DNA of 56,938 nucleotides, filler included, from Sphacelaria rigidula (taxonomy: Eukaryota), in the NCBI GenBank assembly GCA_964200075.2. It is 7 parts of 7 records of this genome, joined end to end, with 100 filler letters (N's around TTAATTAATTAA, not from the genome) between each part and the next. Parts side by side here need not be neighbours in the genome. Positions count along the whole stretch, not along the records: positions 1 to 8,049 come from CAXNAA020012499.1; positions 8,150 to 16,198 come from CAXNAA020012500.1; 5 more parts are not named here. One strand, given 5' to 3'. Numbering within the stretch: position 1 is the stretch's first letter; every line of letters starts with the position of its first letter. Position numbers and translations under genes: made by a program. Of the stretch, positions 1 through 13,200 are shown piece after piece. Below the pieces are notes generated by a model. That model was given only the letters and a program-made list of their open reading frames with translations. It was not told the origin of the DNA and made no database searches.

Positions 1-129
1 ACGCACCCCCCACCCCCTGATGATCACTTCGTTCTGCTCCCTTCTCTCAGCCTCAGCAACAGCTTTGTTCTGCAGTAGGTCAAGTTTCGGTGTGTTTTCG
101 GGTATAGTGTTCGATTGTGTGGAATTCTG

Positions 130-2700
130 GGGTTTTCCAGTATCGTAGCATAAAGAATCAATACCAGGGACAACTCATCCTCTTTCGACAACTTTTTGGG
201 TCTCTTCACGTTTCATCACTTCGAGATTCTGCAAGGCGCATCATCTCAGCCCCATAACAGTGGTTCAACCTTTCTTGGAGATCGGAGCTCAAGCTTCTCT
301 CCTGACAATATTGTAATACCCAGGTGACGAACACCTGGCGCCCACTGTCAAGGCTAAGGCTCATCATTCCTACGATTTCACGCGCATTGCGGTTGCACCT
401 CCTTCTGTCGACTGTAGTGCGACTGATCTGAACCTAGTCAGTTCGAATTACCTCGCACGGGCTCGACTGGAACAAGCTCTTTCTTAGCAATCATCGCCAT
501 GTATGGATCTACCTTAGGCTAGACCTATTCTTATACGCCTAGCTAATCTGTGAGAAATGGCTTCGCGGTCAAGCTTTGCAACGGACGGCCCACAAACTTT
601 GCCCGATTTCCTCACTTGCGCTGACAACATCTATTCAATCGGCCGCGATTGCGACATGTCAAATGTTCATACTCCCTAAGATGAGACCATAAGCAACGGG
701 CACATGCTCCCGGTGACAAGCGTACATCATCCGCCGTCTGCTCGGATGGGAAGCCTTGTCCTCATGCAGTCCGGAACACGAAGAGCTGGAGCTCGATGAG
801 ATCGACCTTTCCGTCCGGAATCTCGCGGGCGATGATGTCCACTCAACTCGACCCCGACACCCCACTTATATCCGTCACTAGCGCCAGGCAGACTGGATCA
901 TACAAAGCCGTTGGTTATTATTCCTCGAGAGGCTCGCCCATGAATTTTCGCTTGTGCGAGTTGAAGCCCCCAAAGTCACCGCAGGTACATACCGGACACC
1001 CGTCCCCGTCGATAAACAGTCCCTGACCGAAGATTACCGGTAAAATATCTACTGAAATATCTAGACGTGAAATGCAGATGGGAGACCTTCGACCTCTCAC
1101 ATACGCCGCTGACCGGGGTAGGTTGACACCGACACGGGTATACTATACGTTCAACTATTGATACGCCCTCATATCATGAGAGAAACAACACTCGTTTGTC
1201 CTGTCATCGTACTATCATCCGTACCTTGGCGATGCTAGAACCTTCCTACAGGTGGGTCGGCATGGAAGACTCCACCCGTCTGTGAACCCAGCAATGCTTC
1301 GAGTTCCAAGCACGAACAACTTCACTACTAACAGTGGACTGTCCTGTCATTTCTATGACACTGCCAAATAAACCTCTTCACCATGTGCCCTTCAACTGTT
1401 GTGGCCACTGCCAGTCACGGATCGTGGTAACACCTCTATCTTGCTGTTCACCAATCGCTTCAGCCGCCACGTGGCTATGTGCAGTACGCAGTAACAGCTG
1501 GCGATTTCCCGGCGGCTGCATAGCCGACATCCTTGCTCACAACTACTTTAAGCGTTATGGTTACCCGAAACCGCTTCTCTCCGACAATGGTCAATAGTTT
1601 TGGATTGGTCTCTCTGCTGTCTTCAATAGGAGTAAAGATACCCGCAAGATTGCAACGAGTTCGTACCACCCTCAGGATAATTGCGGTATCGATAGAGTCA
1701 ACCACATCATGGCTCAGATGTTGAAAATGGTCGTGAATAACCGCCAAAATGATTGCGACATTCTTCTTCTCTCCCGCGCCATGCTGACATACAACAACTC
1801 GGTCAATGCAGCCACTGTACTCGCGCCAAATAAACTCCACGTTGCTTGGACGTTTTCTCCTCCTGCCAGCGACCGTCTTCGAACGTCACACGTCCGACGG
1901 CCACCAAGACCTCGATTACAATCAGATGCCAGTCACGAAGTGGCGCACTTCAAACAGTACACAGCTTACATGCTATTCCGCGAGCAATACGCGATTGGTG
2001 ATTTGCACATCGCAAGAGCGAACAGCACTCTTTACAACCCCATGGACGAGCGCTCGACTTGAAAGGTTGGTGATTGGGTGTGGATCTATAACAGCTTGGC
2101 GGCTGTTCGCCAGAGAACCAGAAAAACTAGCAGCAATAAGGCTCTTATAGAAAGTGATCACTCCATATGAACAGGTCCCCCTAAGAACGGTCTTGCACTA
2201 TCGTGCAACCCCCATCTGGGATGTATGTATCCCCGTGGAATATCCATCCAGGATTTGGACATCAGTCCTTGGAACACCAGCAATATGCCCAAGTATCTTC
2301 CTCCTGGTGAGCACTGGCTCACCAAGATGTGCTCAACCGCTACTCCACGACATCGTGGCCCGACCACGTCACCACCGACAACGTTTCCAAGCACGTACTG
2401 CAGCTGAACGTGTCCAAAACCACCGGCCACCAGCTTCTTCGCGTCCGCGGCGGCAAGGGTGCTGTCGAATACATGAGTTGTACCTGCATGGCGATCGCCT
2501 AGGATCCTGGGAACACGAGTCCAATCGCCAGCCGCACTACCCTGGGAGTATTTTGTCTTGTGTTTTATCGTCATACTTCCAACCCGCGTGCCCTTCCTCG
2601 GGACGGGACCGTGGTCTCAAGGGGATCAACCCCATCTCTTACCTAGTACACGCCTTGCATTTTGGTCTCGCAGACTGGATCATGACTAACACTACCGCAT
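130..2700 (+). mobile_element. Decayed Ty3/Gypsy LTR retrotransposon pol (RT/RNase H remnants, integrase, chromodomain-like C-terminus)
   Basis: Frameshifted pieces give integrase-core motifs ADILAHNYFKRYGYPKPLLSDNGQ (ending 1597) and YHPQ.N.GIDRVNHIMAQMLKMVVN (about 1664-1745), then PWNTSNMPKYLP and TGHQLLRVRGGKGAVEY...SWEHES (about 2270-2530, chromodomain-like). The upstream RT/RNase H signal is very degraded. Many stops; boundaries approximate. Confidence 0.75.
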
Positions 2701-4730
2701 CGCGTCGACTCTCGTAGAAACAAGTCAGTCAAGCAAACTCTTTTGCCACTCGCGTCCTCACACTTTCAACGACGGCGGGAATCGGATACAATTACTTTGA
2801 AGAAAAACCCGAGTCCATCTGGCCGCAATCAAACCCGCGTTGTTTCCACCCTGGTAGTGTCAGCGATACCATCACACCAACTTGTATTGAATTGGACCTC
2901 AACAACAATGCCTTGCACGCAACAAGAATTATGGCAACAAGCACTGTGGTGGAGTAGCTCGCGAGCTGCATTGCGTTGAGGCTTCGCGCTTCGTTGCTTT
3001 CTTCGACTCCCGAGTTCGAGCTGGTGATACACGGGAGAGCAAACTCAAATGCAACTACCCTCCTACAAGAGCTTCTTATTCGCGGCTCAAGGGTGGTGAA
3101 AGCCTCTGGTGGCTCCGCCAAATCTATGTGTCGACCCAACCGATTAAAGTACCTACATTGTGCGCCACATGGACCACCCCAGGTCGGTCCCACTCAAGCT
3201 TTGCACTACTCATTATCCCACCGGCCGAACTGCGGCACAAAATATCCTGGCACCTGCGACGAATCATGTCTGCCGGACTCCGCCACGGCGCGAGCGAAAC
3301 GCCGCCCGCATTCACGGTGTCAGCGCCCACCCTTTATCCGTATTTTTATTGGCTCTCCTTGTGTGGTGCTCTCCACCTTGCCCCTTCTCCGCCCTCCAAA
3401 ACATCATTTTCACCATACCTTTCAGCCCAGCACCCGTGATTAGAGATTGACTTAAAACTTCTGAAATTGGGCTGGAGTTGTTCTAGGCCTTTATCGGACC
3501 TGGACTAGAGCTTTCATCGGTTATTGTCAAACTTCGATTGGAGCATTTTCGGAACCGCTCTCGGAGCACATATGTTGACTACGATCGCCACTTTGAGCTG
3601 TCTTCATAAGCTATGACTTCTCATTTTAGAAATTAGCAGCCATACTTCTGCGTGATAGCTTTTCGAGCCCATGCAATCGGTGCCAGGTTTGTTCCTCCCT
3701 CTCGCATGGTTTTCCTTTTTGTACTTCATGCCTATGCGTTACGTTGAGTTCTCAAATTTTCTTCCAGTATGACAAGCTGGTACGCGTACCCCCACGCAGA
3801 GATAAATAGCTGATACAAGGCAATTTGTCGGTGTCAATGTTGATTCTGCCGTTTCCACGGCTCAAAGCGATGCTTCCCCCGTTGCAATACGGACTTTAGC
3901 TCCAGCGGAATGAGCCTTGGTTTCCCCAGCTGTGGTGTGGATTGTCCGTTTGGCGCGTTGAAGCGATGCTTCCTCGTTGAGATGCGGGACGAACCGCCCC
4001 CCCGCCTCCCCCCCCCCCGGCCATTTTTTTGCCTTACGTGTGTTTAGTATGCGCGTGGAAGAGCCTTTATGTTCGCTATATATTTGGAGTCTACGGCGCG
4101 TGATTTTATTGCATCGAAGTGATCTTGATGCAGTTGTAATAAGGACTCATTTGGGTGGGCTGGTTGTCTCACAATGCTTAGAAGCGGTGATGGATTTCTA
4201 TCCGCGAGAAGTGGAGTTGATGAGGATTTTGTGCATTCTTCCCAGATCCGCAGCCCGCAGCCCCGAGGTAGTAGCGCCTCGTTGTCGCTCATGATGTGGT
4301 CTCAGTGCGAAACGCATCTCTCCCCCCTCCCTCTTGTCACTCGCGAGAAACTCCCTCTTTACCCTATGGATACCGACTTGGTGTCTACACGAGTGAGAGC
4401 ATCGATCGAGAGAAATGTAAGCTATCGACAACGCGAGTCTAGAGTTTGCTGTCTGATCGATAGGTGCATACATAGCACCTATCATGAACACTTGATGAGA
4501 GAAGAACTGGTTGGGACTGTAGCCTCTTCATAGCATTACCCTTCCCTAGTTCATGCATCTAAATCCCACGAAATGTTTAACGCAATCACGAATCGTCGCC
4601 TGACTAGAGGATAATGCAAATAGACAGGCTGAGATACCACGACCTCCACCAAGACTTTCACTGCACGTGGAGTGAGTAGGTTGTTACAAGCTTGCCAAAT
4701 CTCACTGCCGTAGATGAACAAAAACGTCAC

Positions 4731-7700
4731 CTGTTCGTCCAGATAAGTATGATCCCACTGCATCAAGTTGATGTTCTTTCGGAACTGCTTAATCTTGTTC
4801 AGCGTGCGAACCTGACACAAATCAAATATTCGCAGCGCATAGGAGATATGAGCAAGGAGTGGAGGAGGGCTGTTTGATAAACCCTATTTTCGACCTCACG
4901 CGTAGCTCTGTAACACGAACATTTATTGTTGGCAGCCCCATGAAAAGCAGCGAAGCAGGTGTCCCTTTGCATAGCACACGGTGACCCGATTCGCTTGCCA
5001 CACCACTGTCCGTTGTCTCGACGAACTTGGTTTCATTATGTGAATCACCCGATGCTTCCAAGTAAAACAGTTTTGACTACCTACCGGTATATATCAACTT
5101 TTCTGTCAAGTTTCCGCAACAAGTCGCGGTACATAGAAGATCTCCCCCCTGCTGACAGAGTTTGGAAGAGTGTCGGCTGGGGCTGCCGATTTTGCCCTGC
5201 CGCTAAAATGATGCAACACGCGCGAAATTCTTGGCGTGGCGTACGGTACGACAAATGGTTCACCTACAGCAAGAAATGCGTGGTACCCAAACGCTGGCGA
5301 GGGGAGCCAAGGACACGTAGCTATACGCCGCTCACACATTGATGGCTACGCTTGTAGATATTCAGTGAGAAGTGGAACAGACGACGATACCGCCAGAGAG
5401 ACGTGACTGCTACTTGTGACCGTTTGGTCTTTGGTCGCAGGTACTCAACAACATCGCAGAAGGTAACCGATGCCAGTGAAGAATGTCAAGGTCTACCCGC
5501 TCACCTTTTCCCCGCCCAGTTTTCGAATTTCGGCATTGGTGTAGTTCACGATTGCCGATGGAATAAGCACGCTGTCGCTGTAATCGGTTACCACGGCTCC
5601 ACGGGGCACCTCGTCTTGACCCTGGGTGCGATGAGTGGGATTACAGGTCGTGATGGTTGTCAAAGGTGGCGGCCGTCAGTTAGGAGCAACGAGCGCGATC
5701 GGAAAAAATATGAAAAATTACACGCAAAAGGTGCAACACGTGCACGTGAAAGAAGTAAATGGCCCACACGCCTTCGTACGTTTCAAAAACCATCAGGGTA
5801 CGAAAATATACACGCGACAAGAGCTGGCATCTGACTTGTGGAGATTTTGTTCTGGACCCAAGACATTGAACACGTCTTGCTACAAAGTTTTATAAGTCAC
5901 GGGTTGACGCCGCTAGAACAAATACAGCCAGCATGTTTCGAAATTCATTCGAATGACCGTATGGCCAAGCAGAGCGCACCTGCTTTAACCTGACCAGCAC
6001 TTCGATGTTCTTCTCCGCTAGATAGGCACGTTCGCTGATAGCCCTCTTGCGACGCTCGATAACAGACACCTATTCCATCACAAACAGATGAGCTGGTGTA
6101 GTGAGAGTAGCGTATGATGGCAACACGGCATCGAGCAGCACATAAGCGTGGACCGCAATTTTCTCTTTTTTTGATCCGTCAGAACATTGCAGGTCACTTC
6201 TGTCTCCCGCTCTCTAGTGTCAATGTGCAACTAGCCTTAGATGTGGACTCCTTGCTCCCTCGCAAAGCTGATTTTTCCGACGGCGGTGACGTGTAGTACA
6301 GCGTTCCTACCCACAAAGATGGCCGCGCACCCGCTCGAATTTGGTGAGGAGCATGCATATATCTTCAACGACTGTTGCCTGGTATGTTGAGCACATGACT
6401 CCTAATCGCCGTGGATGCAAAAATGTTGGCTCAAGCTGGAGACGCTCCTGCTAACGGGGGGGTGTCTTACACAGTATATCTCGTGAGACACTATAAAACC
6501 ACATTAACCGTGTTACTCCGAAGATTACGAAGGTAAAACGAGTAGACTAAAATCTGTTCATGTAGTGAGTATGAAATGGCGGCAAATTTCCCGCGATGAC
6601 TGTCGTGCGATTTCCTCTCCTCAGGGGTGTGAAGTTTTATCCTGTAGGTTCGCTGGACGTCCCTCGATGGCGCTCGTCATACCTGAGTGTCGACGGAATC
6701 GCAATCTGCCTGAAGGGCTTCTAGCTTGCGTTTCATCACGGCAAACAACCGTTGCTGCTTCTTGAGTTCCAACTCCTTGTGGATCTTGCTGCCCCTGAGC
6801 TCCAGCAAGCGGTTCCACACTTGATCCTCAACTTCGAATCCGGGGTACTCCAAGTCCTGAGAGGTGTGTATACGCAACCACAGCCGACGTTTTCCGCGCG
6901 GTATTGCGTACATACAACATGCGGTCCTACGACATTGTGAGGGATCAAGGATGATCTTCAGTGTCGTGCGTTCCCCTGCTTGATCAAGACATCGAGTCCC
7001 CTTGCGGGCACCATCGCCTGAGTAGTTCGAGTCGTTCACCGGGGGGTATACAGTTGATATCTACGCCCCAACCTCACGTGGCCATGTTTCCATAAATGTC
7101 CTCCCTTCTGCTCATTGCCCTGCCTACGGTATACCACACCCATGAGCCACCTCATAGCAGGTCAAGTACAAAACGTCGACCGAAACAGCGGGGTTGAAGG
7201 ATGTGGTACAACTTCAAATTTCTGTAATAGGTGAATTTTCGTCCAGTAAAGCATTGCCATGTCGCCAACATATCGATCAATAGCGACATGAAGAGTATTT
7301 TTGAAGTAAAGTTACCACGATTCGGACGAATCATCGCCGGTTCGAATCACCAAACCCATGATTTTTGAGGCCTGATTGCTCGAAAGAGAGAAAGAAATTG
7401 ACCGCTGGTCAACAACGTCTCCACGCAATTTTTGCGCCATTCCACATGACTGGGGTGCGCGTACCTTCAGCGCAACGGTGTAAACAAAGCCCAAGGACTG
7501 ATTCGTACGGTACGGATCAATTACACTAAAATGAAGTAATTTTCAGACCACTCACCATCCTTCCTCCGACCCTCGAAAATAAGACGTTGTTGCCTCCAGC
7601 AGCGTCTCGGATTCACCGTTTTTGGAGAGCATTTCGATCGAAAAAAGTCACGCTCCCCTACCGTAGGTAGTTCCCATCCTCATATTGTCCCGCATTTCGT

Positions 7701-7960
7701 GTCAACGGATGCTGTCGCGAAACGGGTGGTCGCTCGACGTGTCACCTTGGTGAATATCTGAGCAACGACACAATAACGCGAGCCTCCTATCGTCTGAACG
7801 CCTAAGATATTATAAACGTCAGGATACATACCTGGGCCATAGCCGCAGAGTTTATTTCCTCGGATGCAGCACATCTATCCAGCTGCTCGTCCACGGGCCC
7901 AAACGGATCCTTCTCGGCGATTTTAGCGGCTTTTTCACGGTTCGTCGCTTGTCTCATAGC
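4731..7960 (-). CDS. CFAP43: Cilia- and flagella-associated protein 43 (WDR96), C-terminal coiled-coil region, partial; exons 7960-7832, 6856-6683, 6069-5980, 5621-5505, 4811-4731
   Basis: Five GT-AG bounded phase-0 exons splice to 197 aa with no stop: ...EKDPFGPVDE...DLEYPGFEVEDQVWNRLLELRGSKIHKELE...NIEVLVRLKQ|GQDEVPRGAVVTDYSDSVLIPSAIVNYTNAEIRKLGGEK|VRTLNKIKQFRKNINLMQWDH. This matches the recalled CFAP43 signature LKQGQxEV...DYSDxxLI...FRKxIxxxxWEH. The 5' and terminal exons are not on this contig. Confidence 0.85.
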
Positions 7961-7988
7961 CTGGTCAGGGGTACGGAAAACTGTTTTA

Positions 7989-8049
7989 GGGTGTACTCAT
8001 GATCATGCATGCCATAGTCATCAGACCATTGACCTCGCATCCCTACAAT
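7989..8049 (+). repeat. Terminus of unclassified high-copy short element (family R1), cut by contig end
   Basis: GGGTGTACTCATGATCATGCATGCCATAGTCATCAGACCATTGACCTCGCATCCCTACAAT; near-identical copies at 16711-16773(-), 27945-28010(+), 48722-48790(+) and 48891-48952(-). Confidence 0.85.
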
Positions 8050-8149
8050 NNNNNNNNNNNNNNNNNNNNNNNNNNNNNNNNNNNNNNNNNNNNTTAATTA
8101 ATTAANNNNNNNNNNNNNNNNNNNNNNNNNNNNNNNNNNNNNNNNNNNN
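8050..8149. other. Artificial contig linker (N44-TTAATTAATTAA-N44)
   Basis: 100-bp N run with a central six-frame stop cassette. Confidence 0.98.
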
Positions 8150-8288
8150 AAGAAGAAAAAATACTGTAGTACCAAAAGGTTTTTTTTTCCATGAGTTAAG
8201 GGCAATAATCGGTTTTCAGGTATCACCAAAATGCCCTTAACTCATGAAAAAAAAAAAAACTTTTGGTACTTCAGTAATTTTTTTCTTA
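8150..8288. repeat. Short foldback inverted repeat, truncated at contig start
   Basis: AGTACCAAAAGG-T-run-CATGAGTTAAGGGCA pairs with TGCCCTTAACTCATG-A-run-CTTTTGGTACT. Confidence 0.7.
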
Positions 8289-8570
8289 TGCCCTATGCAC
8301 TGTCCATACCAAATTTCAGGGCCCAACTCTAAATGTATAAAAGAGCATGGGCCTGCAAACTTCAAATCCGCCTCTAGGCTGGCCCGGCTCGTACAACGCA
8401 CTCCGATCAAGTGCTGTGGACACCGATATGGTGTCAAATGTATGTGGATATCTACGACCGGGCGTATAACCCACTTGTCGGTGTCACACTGTTGTGTAAC
8501 CCACGGTATTTCCTGCCCGCAACGGCATGTTCGTACCCCGGCGTGAAGGTGCTCTCTGGCAACCGAAAAA

Positions 8571-8622
8571 TGATAACAACGACAACAACAGCAGCAACAA
8601 CAACAACAACAACAACAACAGC

Positions 8623-8659
<37 letters not shown>

Positions 8660-8672
8660 ACAACAATGACAA
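8571..8672 (+). repeat. (AAC)n microsatellite
   Basis: About 100 bp of AAC/CAA triplets with a few variants; explains the poly-N/T/C/V/L ORFs here. Confidence 0.95.
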
Positions 8673-10213
8673 AATGAGCCCAACACAGGCCTTCCAACGG
8701 AATTCCATCATCCGAGGTTCAGCTGCACAAAAGCTTAGATCACTGCTGCATCGAGCTCTACGGGTACGGTCGAGGAAACAGGGCCGGGTGTCCGTATAGT
8801 AGTACACCGTTGCACCGAGTACAGTAGTGTGCTCTTGGGGGGACCAGAACCCGTGCGCAGTTGTACAGTAACATGACCGTTTGAAGACATTCAAGGCCGG
8901 CGCAAACCAGGCAGGCAGCTGGATATTAACAGTTCCTACGGGAGGGTCTTGCAGATACAGTGAATCCGCAATTCAACCTACACGAACGCGAACAGCGCCA
9001 TGCACGCTATACTGCAAAATGTTGGGAAACCGGCCGGCTAGGTTGGCGCGTGTTGTGTACGTGCTATTGCAGAAATGGTCTCTATCGGAAATTGCAAGCC
9101 GGGGCGACGATACTGGAAGAGACCGCGGGGCACCATTTAGTACGCGGTGCACTCCATATTGCTGCCTCCTTTCGCGTGTGGAGCGACGCTCAGGTACGTC
9201 ACACCATGGACATTTTATCCCTCTGCTTGTACAGCGTCTTGGTTGCACTCGCATAATACCCAAAACGAATGTGTACAACAACCGTGACAACTCTTGTTCG
9301 TATACCATTGCCATCCTGTAACACCTCGAGGGGGTTCGAAAGACGTTTCAACATCGACGTTTTGGGGTTCCAAAAGTGGTGTCTACTCGATTCAGTATAT
9401 TCAAAACCCTCTACAGCTGCAGCAGAAACCATCTACAGCTGCAGCAGAGCTTCTTATGCACGCACACAGATCTTGCGCAAAGCACATTGAATAATGCTTC
9501 ACACCCCCGCCACTGCGGTCATCACTACTATGATATATTCACATACCTTCTCGTCCGGCAATGCATGTCGTCGTCGTTGTTGACCGAGATCTCCTTTGAG
9601 GTTGCTGATGTTGCCGCTGGTGGGAAGTCCGAGGTGCCGAGGATAGCGGCTTCTGTAGCGACCTACAATGCAAAGCCCTGCTGTCGCTGCTCACGGGGTG
9701 ATACTGCCTCTTACCACCCGTCCGACGCAGAATCCTGGCGCTTCCTGCAGGCAGACGGCCCTGTAGGCTACTGCTCACAGCCTTCGCCGCACCAAACATA
9801 ACCTTGAGAAAGTACAGTGTACGGCACAACAGTACAGTGTGACGCGGCCTGACCAGGTCTGATCGAGGGTGGGTTGATGTCAATCTCAGACTCGCGATCG
9901 GTGGATGTCGAAGTATCCTTGTCCGGGGCAACTTCGGGGATGTGATATTCAGTGTATCATTTGTATATCATGAAAAGTAATGCTTGGTTGTGCCTCTTAG
10001 TTTTAACTTTCATTTTCTTGAAAAAGAGACAACATTTGTTTCCCTAGTCATTCGAATCATCTACATCTTCCTCCACTCAGCTGCTTCCACTACGGGTCCG
10101 AGAAAAACAAAACTGTGGGGTCCTAAAAACAAGTTGTATACCTCCTAGAGCCAGGCTCCACCGTAGCCCTACGAATACGCTCTTCGGTTCAACTGGCACA
10201 TTTGGGAGGCTAC

Positions 10214-13200
10214 ATGGTGGATATGCACCAGGAAGATAATATGAAAGGGCATGAGGCGGCATCAGAAATAAGCATACGTAGTGATAGCCAAAGCAACCCA
10301 AATAAAGCGATCTTAGCACAAAAGTGGCAGGGTACAGGCGTTCAAAAGGGTACAGGCGTTCGAAACCATGAGCCAGGCGCCAACCCCATTGCCGCCCTTA
10401 TTCGAAAGGGAGCACTAGAGGCTGGCCTGAAGCAAGGCTCGAACAGAGCAGCCACCAAGGTGCAACGTATGATTAATAGTCTGCAGTGGCGGCAAGCTCA
10501 TTCCAAGGACGATTTTTACCCCTTAGCCCTCGAATCAGGCAAGGTTCTCGAAATCAAGCAATTGCAATGCGGGGAGGTGACGGGGTTGGGCACCGGTGCT
10601 ACGGTTTGGCCGGCCGCGCATGTGCTCGCGAAGTACCTCGAGCGTCGGTATGGGGAGGGTGGACTGAGAGGTTCACGGGTTGTTGATCTAGGGAGCGGCA
10701 CGGGTGTCGAGGGTATTGTGGCTGCCGTGGCTTTGGGTGCCCAGGAGACGTTTCTTACGGACCAAGAACACCTGTTGTTTTTGATGCGGGAGAATGCAGA
10801 ACGTTCTTCCTCTTGCGGGACGATAATGGATGTCACGGAGCGGAGGCGCCGGGAAAATGATGTTTTTGATGCTGAGGGGGAGTGTGAAGCTCCTGTTAAA
10901 GCTTGTCATGGGCATCCTTCAGAAGATGTTGGCGTAAAAGCAGCAAACACCGCTAACAGCGACAGCCTTAACGGCGATAAAAACAACAAAAACGATGACG
11001 ATAATGACACAGGCACCTCCAACACGGGCTCATCATCACCACCACCACCACCGGCGCGATCATCTGCAATACATGTCCTTACATACGACTGGGGCATGAA
11101 AGACGACCAACTATCCCCGCCATTGGATGTCATTCTCGTTTCAGACTGCGTGCTCCCAAAGCTCTACCCCATGGAACCCCTTGTAGATGCCATCGATAAA
11201 CTCTCCGGTCGGGACACGGTCACCTTCTTGTCCTACGAACACCGCCACTATCAAGCCTTCGACCCCCGGCGGAAGTTTGAAGAATTGGTCACAGCTCGCG
11301 GGTTCACCAAGACAAGCATCCCGCAAGACCGACAGCACCCCATATTCTCCGCGGATGACATAGAAATCTGGGAGGTGAGCCCTTCAACATTCATGGAAAG
11401 CATCATTTGCCGTCCGAATGACTGCATAGTTTCGTTTTCTTCCTCCTCCGAGAACTCCATCGCTCTCAGTCCCTTTCTGACGTTATTGCACTACGCCATA
11501 GTCTTACGTTGCCCGAGCGGGTCGTTGTTTCAATGGGGATGTAAACTGTCATAACTATGCTCCTATGCATACTCCCATCTATGGTTGAACGCTTTAGGTG
11601 CGTCGTCGCCCTCAACAACTGGATCAAACGTTCGAAGCGGGTAAAAGCGCTGACGGGGATGACGGGCTATCCGAGAAGAGGGTCGGACACAATCTGGTAA
11701 ACCTTGAAGAGGGGGCGGCAGCCGCCACGATGACAGAGGCCGGAGAGGTTGACGTGATTGTACGACGATCGACTGAGTTGCGGGGGGAACGGGTGGGCAG
11801 AGAACATGACGAGATAGAGGGGGCGTGTACTGTATCAGTACTCGGGGAAACACATGAGCTATCTCAATCCTTGTCGGGGTCCATCGGCTCTTACCTGTGG
11901 CCTTCTGCATTGGTCATGGCGCGTCACCTCGTGCGTTTATCTTGTTGCCCGCGTCCTTCTGCTGCTGCTGGCGTTGGCAGTGACACCCCTGGCTGGGGCG
12001 ATAAGGTAACGTCGTGCATTCGTGACACGCATCTCTTGTCGACCGTGCCTGACGGGAGTGGTGGTCGGTTTCCCGACTATCCTTACCCGGCGAAGCCGCG
12101 GGCCCTAGAGCTTGGATCAGGGGTGGGATTGGTTGCGATGACCGCAACTCTGCTGGGGTGGGATGTGGTGGCCACGGACAAGGCGGATGTACTTCCGCTG
12201 CTGCGCGCTAACCTCGCCAACTGCTTGTCGTCGACAAAACGTGAGTGCTAGTCGAAGCAGGCGGATACGGGGTGGGACATTAGACATTGTTGAGTGCGGG
12301 GAGGGGCAGAGTGTTTTTTTTCTGTGTGTTGCCGTTTTTAATGGTGTGTGCATGTGTCTTGCGTATTTTGTTCTGTTGTGAGGGTGTGTGAATGCGTATA
12401 CTTGTCATGGCGCTTCACGATGTGTGTCCGTATATATTGGAATGCAGGTATATTAAGCGTTTCATTGTCGCTGGTGCTTTCTGCTTTCTGTGCCCAAGAG
12501 ATGAACCTGTATCCTATATCCCGGTATGCAGCAGCACTTCTCGTCACCTTACGTTGCTACTTGACCTCGTGTAACGTCTTTCCAGGAGCGTGTGTTGGAA
12601 GCGCGAACGTTGTGCAGTACGAGTGGGGCGGTGATTCACAAGCACTACGTTTAGCAGCAGGGGCTTTGCACAACGAACCGGACGCTGGGGATGAAAATGG
12701 CGACAATCATGGCGCAGCTGGCTCTGTCATGCCTGCTGGCGGCGGCTACGACATTGTTATGTGTGCAGACTGCGTGTATGCGAAGTCTTCGGTGGAACCC
12801 TTGTTGGCAACCCTCTCCGAGGTAACTTAACCAGATATATTGTGACGGTGCAGGGGCTCTCTGACCGTACACCATCAGGAATCGTCGGAGAGGCTCAAAG
12901 TTATAAACTATTGCTTTCACCATAACAGTGTTGGTTATTTCTCTCTCACTGTGTATGGGGTCAGAACAGCGGAGGTTCCGAGTAAGCCAAACTCTACTCT
13001 GTTGCCATAACAGGAGAATACAAGAGTTCGTGAAAGACGCCATTCTGGAGTCACATTCTTTAGTATGTGCCCCGCGGGCACCTAAACATGCGGAAAACTT
13101 GTTTGCTTGACTAGCAGCTCAAAACAGGAGCGAGTTGCCTTACACTCTCGTTCAATCGCCCATTTCGTGTAACACAAGTCCTGGGTTGCGGTGGCCCAAA

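Noticed and set aside
8094..8105. TTAATTAATTAA as a recurring regulatory or target motif
   Set aside because: It is a synthetic six-frame stop cassette inside N linkers.
8237..8894. Poly-Cys/Thr/Val/Leu/Asn ORFs
   Set aside because: They are translations of the (AAC)n microsatellite.
9565..9801. Possible first exon of the methyltransferase gene
   Set aside because: I could not find a convincing in-phase donor and acceptor pair; the obvious acceptor at 10080 is followed by an in-frame stop.
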